From Octopus bimaculoides (taxonomy: Eukaryota): 64,000 nucleotides of DNA. Location of the stretch: assembly GCF_001194135.2 (NCBI RefSeq), contig NC_069000.1, forward strand, positions 23,582,589 to 23,646,588. Direction: 5' to 3'. The notes below the pieces were generated by a model, which ran no database searches, was not told the DNA's origin, and worked only from the letters and a program-made list of their open reading frames with translations. Within the stretch, counting starts at the first letter, position 1, and each line of letters starts with the position of its first letter. The translations under genes and the position numbers were made by a program. Of this stretch, positions 54,501 to 61,310 are shown in pieces.

Positions 54501-57500
54501 TCGCATTGACTATGACAGAGGAAGTTGTCATGGCAAGATCTGCTCAGAAGCCTACATAAAGTTGCAGAATGTGTATAGAGAGGAGTGTATGAGCAGCACA
54601 CAAATGTACAATTGGCTCAGACGTTTCCAAGATGGCCAAAAAAAATGTAAATATTGACAAATGTTCTGGAAGACCCGCAACCAGCAGAACTGACCTGAGA
54701 AAAACATCACAGATGTGCGTGCGGCTGTGAAAGGAAATCGTCGAATCACCATCTGTGAGTTATCAGATTAGTTACAGTTCAGTTCAGTCCATTATCACTG
54801 AAGATTTGGGTATGAGACACATGTCTGCCAAGTTTGTGCCAAAATTGCTTTCAGCAGACCAAAAAGACACTCAGGTTTCAGTTGCACAAGATTTCCTTAA
54901 TCGTGTTGAGAACAATGAAAACTTTGCATAGGCCTCTGAGCAGGTATCACCAAGCTTTTGGCAAAATTTGATGCAGATTCTGTTCAACTTTTTCTGTCAT
55001 GGTCAATGCGACAATCACACACTACACACCTTCCTTCCAATCACTTCTGTAAACAGCAGAAGCAGCTTCACTCAGTGTGCTTTAGCTTCATTACCACAGC
55101 AACAGTCTGGATACTTATTGATCAGATCACGTATGATAGTTAAGCAGAATCCCTTCAAGCCACACCCTACTATTGGAAAAAAAAAATTAACATTTTGGAC
55201 AATATAATCTTGGATGACCAAAAAGACATGGTCGTGGTTGGAACACTTTGATCACAGGTCTGTTTAGTCACAGCTGAATAAGCGCTGAATCAACAATACT
55301 GAATACTTTATTGGTAAATCAGAAACCAACAACAAAATTACAAAAGCTCAAGTCCCAGACGATACTGCACAGGATTATGCAGCATAACCAAATAAGAATA
55401 TAACATTGTTATTATAACAAAGAAGACTATATATCATTACTATTATAATTGAACACATTGCTAAGAAGAAAGTAATTACTATGAACAAATTAGCTATCCT
55501 AACATTAAACTACTGACTGAAAGGTAAGGTAACTGAAATCTGACATTGCATTCAAAATTATTACAGAATAACTTGCTAAAAAATGTGCTTCCATAGCAAA
55601 TACAGAAATATGAATTAGTATTTATGGCACAAATATTTTTTAAATACCTTAAAAAAGTGATTGTAGTATCATCAAGTTGAAATTTAAGAGAATCTGATTC
55701 TAAAAGAACACACCAACAGAAAATAACATCATCATTTTAACATCTATTTTTCCATGCCTGCATGGGTCAGATGGAATTTTGTTGATGTGGATTTATATAC
55801 CAGAGGGTGCTCTTCCTGTTGCCATTCCTCATCTGTTTACAAATAAGATAATATTTCCCTGTGATAGACAAGTTTCCATGGAGGATTGGAAATAGACAAT
55901 ACTACTTGTATGACAGAGACATTTGTTTACAGCTATTATACAATGTCAAGGCAAGGAGAATAAAACACACATATATACTTATATATATGCAACAGGCTTC
56001 TTTGTTTCCATCTACCATATCCACTCACATGGCTTTGGTTGGCTCAGGGCAATAACAGAAAACACTTGCCCAGAGATGGCCCAATTGAACTCAGATCTTA
56101 ACAGTTGTTCATTGTACATCATTTTTTTTTTGGTTTGGTCTTGAGACATGGTTTGTACTATGGCCTTCAAGGCCCTCCAAAATCAGTAAGATCAACACAA
56201 TTAATATTTCTCTTGCAAACTGATGGCTGCAGAAAAAAATGCTAAGGAGAGATTTTCAGAAGGCTGGTATTTTGGGAAGAAAAGATTGGCAAAGATGGAG
56301 AATAGGTGGCCACAATGTAAAAGATGAGAAGAGACAAATGAGTCAAAAGTGTTTGTGTAGAGATGGCACAAGACTAACCAGTAATGAAGAACAAAGACCA
56401 ATGGTAGAAAAAGTAGATGAGACAGCATGTCTGTGGGCTAGATATTGAAGCATGTTGGTGAGTGACTCCAAGCCAATTAGTTGGGTGATCTCTTTTTTGG
56501 ACATATTCAGCAGCAGAATTGTCCTAGATATGTCAGTAATACTCTCCATGGTTCTCAATTGAGTTTTGTTGAGATTTAGCTGTTATTAGAACTAAAGTAT
56601 TTTCTAGAGCTGAAGAGGAAGAACAGTCTTTGTGATGCTGTCTCTGTTATGTTGAGGATGTATGTTAGCTAGGAGATATAATCAGATGGTGAGACCTAGT
56701 ATTTGTAATGACCTTGGAGGTTTTAACAGTGTGATATGTGGATATGTGATGGACATTTGTGATAATACAGTGTAACACAGTGATCAAACATCCCAACAGA
56801 TGCAGAAACAGCCATGGATTAGCAAAAGCTGATCAGATGAGATAGAGATGAAGCATGTTTGGAGTTTATTATGTATCAGACAGGGAGGAATGTAGAGGAA
56901 AAATAAACTAAATGCAGAGTTGAGGACTACAAAAGATTTGGTTTCTTCACTAGCAGCATCAATATAGGATGAGCGTGGAGCAAAGAAGTGTTGAAGTCAC
57001 AGAGGGTGGTCACTTGCAAGAGAATTGAGGTGAAAGCTATGTCTTTAATGCAGGAAGAGATATCGTCAAAGAAGTATATAGAGGAGTGAGGAGGGAAACG
57101 TTGTGCTAGAGTAATTGGAAGTTCTTATTGCTGATATACAAAAGAGGAGTGGTAGGCAGAGTGGAATCTATATATGCATAAATACCATCTTTTTCTTTTC
57201 ATGCAATTCTGGATAGAGATCAACTATAGGTAAGTAAATCAGTTCATAGCAACATTGTTGTCATGAATCCTTATCACGTAACTATTATACAAAATTGAAT
57301 GAGATAGTCAACATATCATCATAAGACAAGTAAATTAAAAATAGATATTAAAGATATACCCTTAAAACTTAATACAACATAGATAAAACAAACCATTTTG
57401 AAGTTATGAAACACTGAAAGAACTTAGTTAATCAGGAAAAAATATACAGAGAATTAATAATGAATAAAAGAACCTTAGAGTTAATCTAGCAAAAACCAAA

Positions 57501-60500
57501 GTCTTAGTAAGTAGAAGAGCAGACAAATCACAAATCTTTTCAGGTAGGTAGCCCTGCTCAATCTGTAGTAAAGGTGTAGGTAGAAACTCCACAAGATGTA
57601 GCTTGTGTAATCTATGGACACATAAGTGGTGCAACAATATCAGAGGAAGGTTAACTGGGAAAATAGTCTTTGTGTGTGGAAGGTGCACAGGTACAATATA
57701 CACTAAAAATGTACAGAAAATAGACTCCATCAAATGCCAGTGGGGATATCTAGAAGTAGTTGATAGCTTCTGTTACTGAGGTAACCAAGTCAGTAGTGGG
57801 AGTGGATGCTCCAAGAGCATAGCTGCTAGAATAAGAATAGGCTGGGCAAAGTTCAGAGAGCTTCTGTCCCTGTTGGTAACAAAGGGCCTCTTTCTCAGAG
57901 TGAAAGGTAGACTGTATGATGTCTGTGTGCAAATAGCTATGCTACACAGCAGTGAAATATGGGCTGTGACCAGCAAGGACATGCGTAGGCTTGTAAGAAA
58001 TGAAGCTAGTATGCTTCACTGTATGTGTAATGTCAGTGTGCATGCACAACAGAGTGTAAGCGTCTTGAGAGAAAGGTTGGGCATAAGAGGCATCAGACGN
58101 NNNNNNNNNCTGTGACCAGCAAGGACATGCGTAGGCTTGTAAGAAATGAAGCTAGTATGCTTCACTGTATGTGTAATGTCAGTGTGCATGCACAACAGAG
58201 TGTAAGCGTCTTGAGAGAAAGGTTGGGCATAAGAGGCATCAGACGTGGTGTGTAAGAGAGACGACTGTGCTGGTATGGTCATATGATGCGTATGGATGAG
58301 AACAGCTGTGTGAAGAAGTGCCAAACTCTAACAGTGGAGGGAACCTGTGGAAGAGGCAGACTCTGGAAGACATAAGACAAGGTGGTGAAGTACGATCTTC
58401 GAATGTTGGGCCTCATGGAGGCAATGACAAGTGACCGAGACCTTTTGCAATATGCCTTGCTTGAGAAGAACCATCAAGCCAAGTGAGATCATAGTTGTGG
58501 CTGATGCCAGTATCACGTAAATGGTACCCATGCTGGTGGCACATAAAAAGCACTATTTGAACATTGGGCCTCAAGAGGCAGTGACAGGTAACTGAGACCT
58601 TTGGCAATTTACTTGAGATCTGTCAAGTCAAGTGAGATCATAGTCATAGCTGATGCCAGTGTTATGTAACTGGCACCCATGCTAGTGGCATGTAAAAAAG
58701 CACCCATTACACACTCTTGGAGTGATTGGTGTTAGGAAGGGCATCCAGCTGTAGAAACTATACTAAATCAGACTGGAACCTGGTGCAGATCTCCAGCTTA
58801 CAAGTTTTCATTCAAACCGTCCAACCCATGCCAGCCTTGAAAATGGACGTTAAATGATGATGATGATGATGATGAAACTTATTGTTTTTTTTGTTTACCT
58901 TTTCTTGTTCAGCAGCAATCCAACAATAAAATCCAACAGGACTTCAGTCTTATTTGGTATAATGACTGACTCAGAGATCCATAAATATTTCACCAATTTT
59001 AACTTTACATTCAATGGTGTTGTTATGGACTTCAGACGTATAAACACACCTGAAAGAAATAAGTTTATTATATTGTATAAGCAATCATATTATATCATAA
59101 CTAGAGCTCATCACATGCCATTTTATGGCCTCATAACTTCCTACAAGATGTACATTTTTAGTGAAATTTTGCAAAAAATATATTTTTGAGGGTATACATT
59201 ATAATTTTGTTGATAACATTTAGGAAAAAAATCAGAGGGAAGAGACTGGATCGTATTCTTCCACACTCCATTACATAATTTACACTCTCAAAAACATATT
59301 TCTACAAAATGTCATTTTGTAAATGAGAAAACAAAAATCAGGAAAGAGAATGATCCAAAACTCCTTGAGATCTGTACCACTGAAAACGTATCTGCAATAT
59401 TTTATTTAAAGATGTGCATTTTTCAGAAAGTTATCAAGAAACAAAGTTGAAAATAGGAGCAATGTGTAGTTTTAACTATATTACAACACTTTCAGAATGG
59501 ATGCTTCTATAGCATTTTCTTGATCAACACAGTACAATCATTTAGTCATTCCTCATTACTTGGCAAAGAAATAGCTACGGTAGAAGTTAGCTGAAATACA
59601 AGTGAAATAGTAGATATGTTAGGTACTGATGCGGTGGAGATGGAGATATATCTGGTATTGATATATGGTGGGGGTACCTAAGATATTAGTGTATTGGGGT
59701 TGAGACTCTCATGTGAAGTGGATATCTGAGGGTACTGATGCAGTGTATATCTATATCGAAAAGTACTGATGGTGAAGATGGTGACATCTTAGGTTGATAC
59801 CCGAACTAGTTTGAGTATGGAGTGGAGAATATCGAAAATAATGATGGTGGAGATAACTAAGGTGCTAATAAAGAGAAGGTGGGATACCAGAAGTACTGAT
59901 GTACCGAGGTTAGATATCTGAGATACTAACGCTTGGGTCAGTATCTTAGATATCCCACTGCCTTGGGGTGAAGGTGGATAAATCTGAGTTACCAACGGAG
60001 TTGGGATGAGGATATTTGAAAACTATTGGTTTCTCAGGCATAACATTTAACAAACAAACGATAAATTGAATCATCTTTAATTTAGACGGCCAAATCGCAT
60101 TAACTTTTCAAAGAAAGTATCAATTTCTTAAAGGGTACTTTTTTTTTTACAAATTACAAGGTGTCATGAGCTATCGCAAGTTCCTACTGCGTCAACGAAT
60201 GCTAAATGTCTCCCTTGATACACGAAGTCAATGAATTACCAATAAATTTCGTTGAAGGTTTTATTAATAGACAGAGGATGTAGAAAGAACTGTTTTGATC
60301 CGAGATGCAACAAAAGCTATCAAGACACTAATGTTTTGTTTAATGATTGTTCTTATATTTCAATGGGAGAAGGGGTATGAAAGACTTACAATATTTGTAG
60401 ACAATTTATGCTTTCAGTGACATTGTTTTCAAATTAATGCAAAGATATTTAGAGAGTCATGTAAATAAATAGCACAAAATATGAAAATTTGGAAGCATAA

Positions 60501-60643
60501 ACCAAATAAAAACTAGACGTATGCAAATAAACTATGGCAATACTAAATATATTATAAATTCTACGATATTAAAAGTACTTGAAGGTAGAAAATAACGAAA
60601 AAGTTAAGAAACTCTTACCAGGAACAACATGCCGCACAGACAT
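1186..60643 (-). CDS. URB2: URB2 / Npa2 ribosome biogenesis factor, spliced gene model (28 coding exons, about 4.48 kb CDS, about 1,490 aa)
   Basis: Exons join in consistent phase with canonical splice sites, except one AT-AC intron and one uncertain donor. Matches to human URB2 as recalled: GVFIRLKS..KLKLVKYLWIS..IPNKTEVLLD (human GISLKLKS..KLKLAHFAWIS..LPNKEQVLLD); NMNIYNLNAD (NNNIYNIAAD); WFLCLKSLILLN (WFRCLKTLISLN); YSKLRQMPFLFE (YAKLRQVPRLFE); SPFFQEMASFH (SPLFPEMQSLH); VTLLPTVK (VTLYPAVK). Length is close to the roughly 1,520 aa human protein. Confidence 0.93.
1700..1880. repeat. Degenerate minisatellite (CAGTACTCAATAATAGCTACT-like units)
   Basis: Recurring cagtactca / agctact motifs. 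Confidence 0.55.
2145..2256 (-). CDS. URB2: URB2 exon 27
   Basis: tacctacag| LINSMSIHKSELNSVVNYVIAEFIAAYSNVTLLPTVK |GTAAGA; phase 2-0. Confidence 0.93.
2840..4950 (+). mobile_element. RTE-clade LINE, 5'-truncated and internally deleted, degenerate
   Basis: RT motifs QFGFVPGKSTTDAIFLVRQLQEKY, AFVDMEKAFDRVPR; PHD finger; FHYLG; LHGSETW; GRGRPRKTWDEV; 3'UTR ending in GAT repeats. Confidence 0.93.
5219..5490 (+). mobile_element. tRNA-derived SINE, family A (CORE-like)
   Basis: A box TGGCTAAGTGG, B box GGTTCAGTCCC, CORE-like ACCTTGGACAAGT, 3' GACTGAAACAAGTAAAAG-like end. Further copies near 15215, 18180, 18890(-), 22128, 22780, 23620, 45250(-), 47470(-), 48480(-), 53200(-), 56000(-). Confidence 0.85.
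6247..6346 (-). CDS. URB2: URB2 exon 26
   Basis: Follows an AC acceptor: (R)LIVAVVGEGTQDK..ICNCANLLSR |GTAAGT; matches human RLVFSVMREGRQKD..LKCARLVER. Confidence 0.92.
6347..7098 (-). other. URB2: U12-type (minor spliceosome) AT-AC intron, URB2 intron 25, 752 nt
   Basis: 5' end ATATCCTTTT (7098-7089); branch site TCTCCTTGAC (6365-6356); 3' end ..CTAAC at 6347. Only this junction restores the conserved K-R-L-I-V frame. Confidence 0.93.
7099..7285 (-). CDS. URB2: URB2 exon 25 (start of the Urb2 C-terminal domain)
   Basis: tcctttcag| KNIPPQTALHIIFGCQFVPL..LYDVLNILL..LPSFIGIVK-c |ATATCCTTTT (U12 donor); matches human NPHHVSLAF..LHNVLFSIL..IPSFLNSFNR. Confidence 0.92.
8105..9520 (+). mobile_element. 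Ty3/Gypsy LTR retrotransposon remnant (gag, zinc knuckles, protease, start of RT)
   Basis: Gag-like ESIEEFMSSLQVLAKKC; CFWCSGDIH..CPARNSSCKRCQKKGH; protease ALLDTGS; RT N-terminus EFIKHKIDRLLSEDIIQES; multiple stops. Confidence 0.85.
9790..10060 (-). mobile_element. Possible second LTR-element zinc-knuckle/protease remnant
   Basis: PKVTVDMKRSEIMAIVDTGVGKSVI plus an upstream decayed CEHC..H. Confidence 0.3.
10098..10208 (-). CDS. URB2: URB2 exon 24
   Basis: tctgtttgtag| ILNSTQLMFQQLQWHCNMDKMTKIYIPLLHLEVKMLK |GTAAGT; phase 0-0. Confidence 0.87.
11573..11683 (-). CDS. URB2: URB2 exon 23
   Basis: tattcctag| KTDVGLNNFTEITTATEVFQVLLEKNVFDENAQLQKT |GTAAGT; phase 0-0. Confidence 0.88.
12722..13144 (-). 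CDS. URB2: URB2 exon 22
   Basis: ccttttccag| ENFTSLLLSVQ..LENLALCL |GTAAGT; 423 nt; phase 0-0. Confidence 0.88.
13627..15118 (-). mobile_element. Mariner DNA transposon, degenerate, with a nested SINE
   Basis: TACGAGGGT.. terminus; SDLAPSDYHLL motif; HQDNAPAH on the minus strand; homologous to 25723-26961. Confidence 0.85.
13682..14113 (+). mobile_element. SINE family A copy nested in the mariner
   Basis: Full head, (GT)n centre and 3' end, inserted about 55 bp inside the mariner terminus. Confidence 0.85.
15430..15672 (-). CDS. URB2: URB2 exon 21
   Basis: atgtcacag| VLQQKTLSED..LNNISKM |GTTTGT; phase 0-0. Confidence 0.85.
17040..17165 (-). CDS. URB2: URB2 exon 20
   Basis: tttcttaacag| LFKYLQKAKDRIS..FASKFIEELGK |GTCTGA; matches human LLGYLQKGK; phase 0-0. 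Confidence 0.87.
19265..20790 (-). mobile_element. RTE LINE 3' part, well preserved, interrupted by N-gap 19588-20426
   Basis: WKQGLELKGLRVNLAKTK-PHD-EKLEVVDSFRYLGD is open; 3' tail ends in (GAT)n. Confidence 0.93.
20985..21340 (+). mobile_element. RTE LINE 3'UTR fragment
   Basis: About 60-bp TGGYACRTAAAARGCAC repeats, GGAAGGGCATCCAGCTGTAGAAAC-like motif and GAT tail. Confidence 0.85.
21361..21403. repeat. (TA)n microsatellite; others at 13927-13955 (GT), 22008-22030 (AAT), 22087-22120 (TA), 51555-51587 (CA), 50930-51250 (GGT/GTA)
   Basis: Direct inspection. Confidence 0.95.
22128..22700 (+). mobile_element. SINE family A copy with an expanded TA/TATG/GT microsatellite
   Basis: Head at 22128-22199, N-gap, microsatellite 22300-22490, 3' body to 22700. 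Confidence 0.8.
23221..23398 (+). mobile_element. RTE LINE 3' terminal fragment, young
   Basis: Nearly identical to the reverse complement of 19270-19450; GAT tail. Confidence 0.9.
24260..24545 (+). mobile_element. HINE/DINE-1-like non-autonomous element (Helentron-associated)
   Basis: TTATCCTG..CAGGGTA terminal fold-back, TGTC/TG microsatellite, GAACGGATTTTCACCAAATTTGGC core. Confidence 0.45.
25147..25434 (-). CDS. URB2: URB2 exon 19
   Basis: tttctcatatag| IVELLPLRFLPRNEKIQII..SKIQEQ |GTATGG; phase 0-0. Confidence 0.87.
25723..26961 (-). mobile_element. Mariner DNA transposon, near full length (about 1.24 kb), degenerate
   Basis: TIRs GAGGGTCAGCTGAAAAGTTCATAGGCTGACC / GGTCATCCTATGAACTTTTCAGCC; FHQDNAPAH, YSDLAPSDY, WLHHFEPETKRQSMQW. 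Confidence 0.92.
27287..27514 (-). mobile_element. RTE LINE 3' end, young, running into N-gap 27515-27918
   Basis: Nearly identical to 19265-19500. Confidence 0.9.
27922..28022. repeat. Perfect palindrome: 47-bp arms, 7-nt loop
   Basis: ATATAACAAAAAAACCGTTACTCTGAGTTTCACGTTCCCGTTCATCG-gacagtt-exact reverse complement. Confidence 0.95.
29014..29131 (-). CDS. URB2: URB2 exon 18
   Basis: ttactctag| NTSKALKIVGGGLCSLF..SSTIIK |GTAAGT; phase 2-0. Confidence 0.85.
29345..30480 (+). mobile_element. RTE LINE fragment, degenerate
   Basis: PWELLYVDH (decayed YADD), FQVWKQGLKSKGLRINLTK, decayed PHD, FHYLG, 3'UTR repeats. Confidence 0.9.
30662..30748 (-). CDS. URB2: URB2 exon 17
   Basis: Long T-tract then actcaag| SLPEDMKTVASLFSTLGNSELQWNNPNDK |GTAAGA; phase 2-2; AAG acceptor. 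Confidence 0.75.
31002..31136 (-). CDS. URB2: URB2 exon 16
   Basis: actatttag| EMLTEASFTWNLIRSPFFQEMASFHTHIITCIFSTLAGSVLKKDG |GTAAAT; phase 2-2. Confidence 0.92.
32471..32631 (-). CDS. URB2: URB2 exon 15
   Basis: cttcttttcag| HPHIPVRTMKQATWWFLTTNLPILFP..EHSER |GTTTGA; matches human AHWHLIVSNLTIL; phase 0-2. Confidence 0.9.
34190..35145 (+). mobile_element. RTE LINE C-terminal and 3'UTR fragments, split by a C/T-rich tract (about 34460-34870)
   Basis: HGSETWAVTTEDMQRLKRNE-like sequence at 34230-34320; tail motif at 34900-35145. Confidence 0.7.
35227..35385 (-). CDS. URB2: URB2 exon 14
   Basis: ttctcgacag| YLLQLQCIKAVQVFPESE..NQNKIV |GTATGT; phase 0-0; absent from the ORF track. Confidence 0.88.
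36271..36475 (+). mobile_element. tRNA-derived SINE, family B, best-preserved copy
   Basis: GGCAAGCTTGGCAGAATC..GAGTTCAAATTCTGCC..GACTTTGCCTTTCATCC..AAGTACCAG. Degenerate copies near 10780, 31910, 32030, 36490, 36710, 39355, 41680(-), 51720. Confidence 0.8.
37069..37263 (-). CDS. URB2: URB2 exon 13
   Basis: tatttttcag| PNCDPHLLEATLLLIYKWWEI..GSVVC |GTAAGT; matches human DSVLLLSYTWAQV; phase 0-0. Confidence 0.9.
37455..37620 (+). repeat. Unclassified interspersed repeat (GATCTGCTAGAAATAGCAGCCAAA..CACACCCTACTGTC..)
   Basis: Related copies near 11330, 33655, 38550, 55140 and 16740(-). Confidence 0.6.
37625..37863. mobile_element. piggyBac-type MITE, TTAA-flanked, with an internal 19-bp tandem duplication
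   Basis: TTAA-TCCTTTATCATT..AATGCTGAAGTG-TTAA; homologous to 47762-47983. Confidence 0.75.
37908..38095 (-). CDS. URB2: URB2 exon 12
   Basis: gttcaaccag| GDDSISNQKHVCSCIIGLLLNF..VVPSIYLYLSK |GTAAAG; phase 1-0. Confidence 0.85.
39180..39289 (-). CDS. URB2: URB2 exon 11
   Basis: cttttcatag| FQNIVQVLPQTVALQIWEMLLTAIEKELSPMLKDDE |GTGACA; phase 2-1; matches human LPPSQILDTW. Confidence 0.88.
39575..39900 (-). mobile_element. tRNA-derived SINE, third family
   Basis: Minus strand has pol III-like boxes, then TGTGTCTTTGAGCAAGAC and CTCCAGTCCACTCA body. Confidence 0.6.
40723..40998 (-). CDS. URB2: URB2 exon 10
   Basis: tattacag| KTDSWFLCLKSLILLNPDI..YSKLRQMPFLFEKLI..FSVK |GTAAGT; phase 2-2. Confidence 0.95.
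42185..43025 (+). mobile_element. RTE LINE C-terminus and 3'UTR
   Basis: AEDMRRLKRNKASMIRWMCNV..RLRWYGH..GRGRPRKTWDEVVKHDL; GAT tail. Confidence 0.92.
43127..43369 (-). CDS. URB2: URB2 exon 9
   Basis: ctatatatag| ESSVLIE..ISNMNIYNLNADDDNEKKFWFMY..FTAER |GTCAGT; phase 2-2. Confidence 0.93.
43783..45059 (-). mobile_element. Tc1-family DNA transposon (N-gap 44208-44728)
   Basis: TA-flanked TIRs GGGGTTGGACAAAATAATGGAAACACC; N-terminus MTDLLDFQRGQI..FGVSRSTVS; QDDNAPIH..WPP. Confidence 0.93.
46107..46192 (-). CDS. URB2: URB2 exon 8
   Basis: atattcag| DNEALAVDFRAAVLDYLPKLFALFIEGET |GTGAGT; phase 0-2; absent from the ORF track. Confidence 0.88.
47170..47420 (-). mobile_element. RTE LINE 3' tail fragment
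   Basis: Reverse complement of the GGAAGGGCATCCAGC..CCAACCCATGCCAGCAT tail. Confidence 0.8.
47762..47983. mobile_element. piggyBac-type MITE, TTAA-flanked
   Basis: TTAA-CCTTTTTAGCATT..AATGCTAAAGGG-TTAA. Confidence 0.8.
48010..48127 (-). CDS. URB2: URB2 exon 7
   Basis: (T)12cag| DQRLFFRKFQKLSAATNILEIKSRLSQLFTIMEEAITRT |GTAAGA; phase 2-0. Confidence 0.85.
48770..48920 (+). mobile_element. Short repeat family sharing the RTE 3' tail
   Basis: CCTTACTTGGAAACAGGTGAGG body, then GGAAGGGCATC..GCATGGAAAAGTGGAC..GATGAT. Also at 22960-23115 and on the minus strand near 23450, 35750, 43600, 53000, 55740. Confidence 0.7.
49924..50090 (-). CDS. URB2: URB2 exon 6 (boundaries uncertain)
   Basis: Open frame MNKYYNLRSIILEP..DIKLDEIVARLMSSNNLMFKSE has the length expected from human AHLLQP..DIRSQIEAMFRGGIFQPE. 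The phase-0 acceptor is ccttcag|, but only weak phase-2 donors are available (GTTGTG at 49923, GTGTGT at 49908). Confidence 0.5.
51314..51457 (-). CDS. URB2: URB2 exon 5
   Basis: tttacttcag| ANLLSAVSS..CQKISCNQVQ |GTAAAG; phase 0-0. Confidence 0.85.
52469..52600 (-). CDS. URB2: URB2 exon 4
   Basis: tctttgcag| MLISSL..VIVCCKLLLSSPALSCLFTSNIENM |GTAAGT; matches human VLRCCQGILSTPALAVIY; phase 0-0. Confidence 0.92.
54063..54189 (-). CDS. URB2: URB2 exon 3
   Basis: cttcttatag| KNLSDEDFEAIWHCLEWLLLTKKMQQRLSKKQVIVLKPSFSS |GTGAGT; phase 2-0. Confidence 0.9.
54318..55131 (+). mobile_element. Internally deleted mariner, TA target-site duplication, long inverted ends
   Basis: GATCTGATCAATAAGTATC termini in inverted orientation; transposase HTH (YNWLRRFQDG..SGRP..SAKFVPKLL); catalytic domain missing. 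Confidence 0.9.
56170..57170 (-). mobile_element. Possible highly decayed Penelope-like retroelement remnant
   Basis: Purine-rich + strand; weak motifs on the minus strand (CHLYTNTF resembling SLYTNIP). Confidence 0.3.
57440..58875 (+). mobile_element. RTE LINE 3' part with an intact C4HC3 PHD pattern
   Basis: LRVNLAKTK, CSIC..CSLC..HKWC..CGRC, GLFLRVKGRLY, 3'UTR repeats and (GAT)n tail at 58855-58874. Confidence 0.92.
58899..59049 (-). CDS. URB2: URB2 exon 2
   Basis: ttctttcag| GVFIRLKSITTPLNVKLKLVKYLWISESVIIPNKTEVLLDFIVGLLLNKKR |GTAAAC; phase 1-2. Confidence 0.93.
59620..60010. repeat. Degenerate tandem repeat (GTACTGATG..GGTGGAGATATC-like units) in URB2 intron 1
   Basis: gtactgatg occurs 4 times with gatatc motifs. 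Confidence 0.5.
60619..60643 (-). CDS. URB2: URB2 exon 1 coding part (MSVRHVVP-G)
   Basis: ATG at 60643 and donor g|GTAAGA in phase 1, matching exon 2. Aligns to human MAAVYSG. An in-frame upstream ATG at 60736 and a second phase-1 donor near 60669 are alternatives. Confidence 0.7.
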
Positions 60644-60773
60644 ATTTAAAGAACATGTGGTGTTCTTACCGGAAGTTGGTAAAATAAGTGTGCATGGGAG
60701 ATAACTACAAATTACTACCATTCCAGAAGCTGTCATGCTGACTCTACAGAAACAATTACATCAAGCAGAAGAT
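60644..60773. promoter_or_regulatory. Candidate compact bidirectional promoter with an ETS/GABP-type CCGGAAGT motif (60669-60676)
   Basis: Lies between the URB2 ATG (-) and a divergent ATG (+) and contains CCGGAAGT. Confidence 0.45.
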
Positions 60774-60819
60774 ATGGCTAACGTTTCTTGCAAGAATCTC
60801 TATTCCTTCAAGACATTAG
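60774..60819 (+). CDS. Exon 1 of a probable divergent gene (MANVSCKNLYSFKTL; in-frame upstream ATG at 60735)
   Basis: ATG followed by ag|GTATAT donor in phase 1, which joins in frame to 63651. Confidence 0.5.
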
Positions 60820-61310
60820 GTATATCTATTCGTAGCACACCAATAAACCTCACCTTTTTTTATTTGATATTGCTATTATATCCAGTCTGTGTTGTTCATT
60901 TATCCTTCTGGATAAATGATTGAACAAGATAAACATGTTCTTATATTAAACTAGCAGTAAAACCTGTCGTTGATCGGGTAATTATTTTTACTGTTTATCG
61001 GGAGCCACATTAAAAGTATTATTATATATATAATTTACTCCTCCTGTATGTGTCTATTTTTAGAAGAGAAAACCATGTAATAACTGGAGTAGAAGAAAGA
61101 TCATTATTATACATGAGGTTCTCTTTGTTTATTACATGATAATAAAAAGTGAGATGTATGTTTTATTTTATTTATCAATACAGTAATGACAATTATATAA
61201 TCCAGTTCATTGAAATAGGTAATTTACTCATTCTTGAATATAATGATAGTAATGGTAAATGAACTTATTGAAGCATTCATGTTGCATTAAGAATGAATAT
61301 TTCTTTATGA

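Noticed and set aside
60853-60910. Minus-strand segment ..ISNKKR|GTGAGG as URB2 exon 2
   Set aside because: 58899-59049 carries the real conserved motifs in the right phase.
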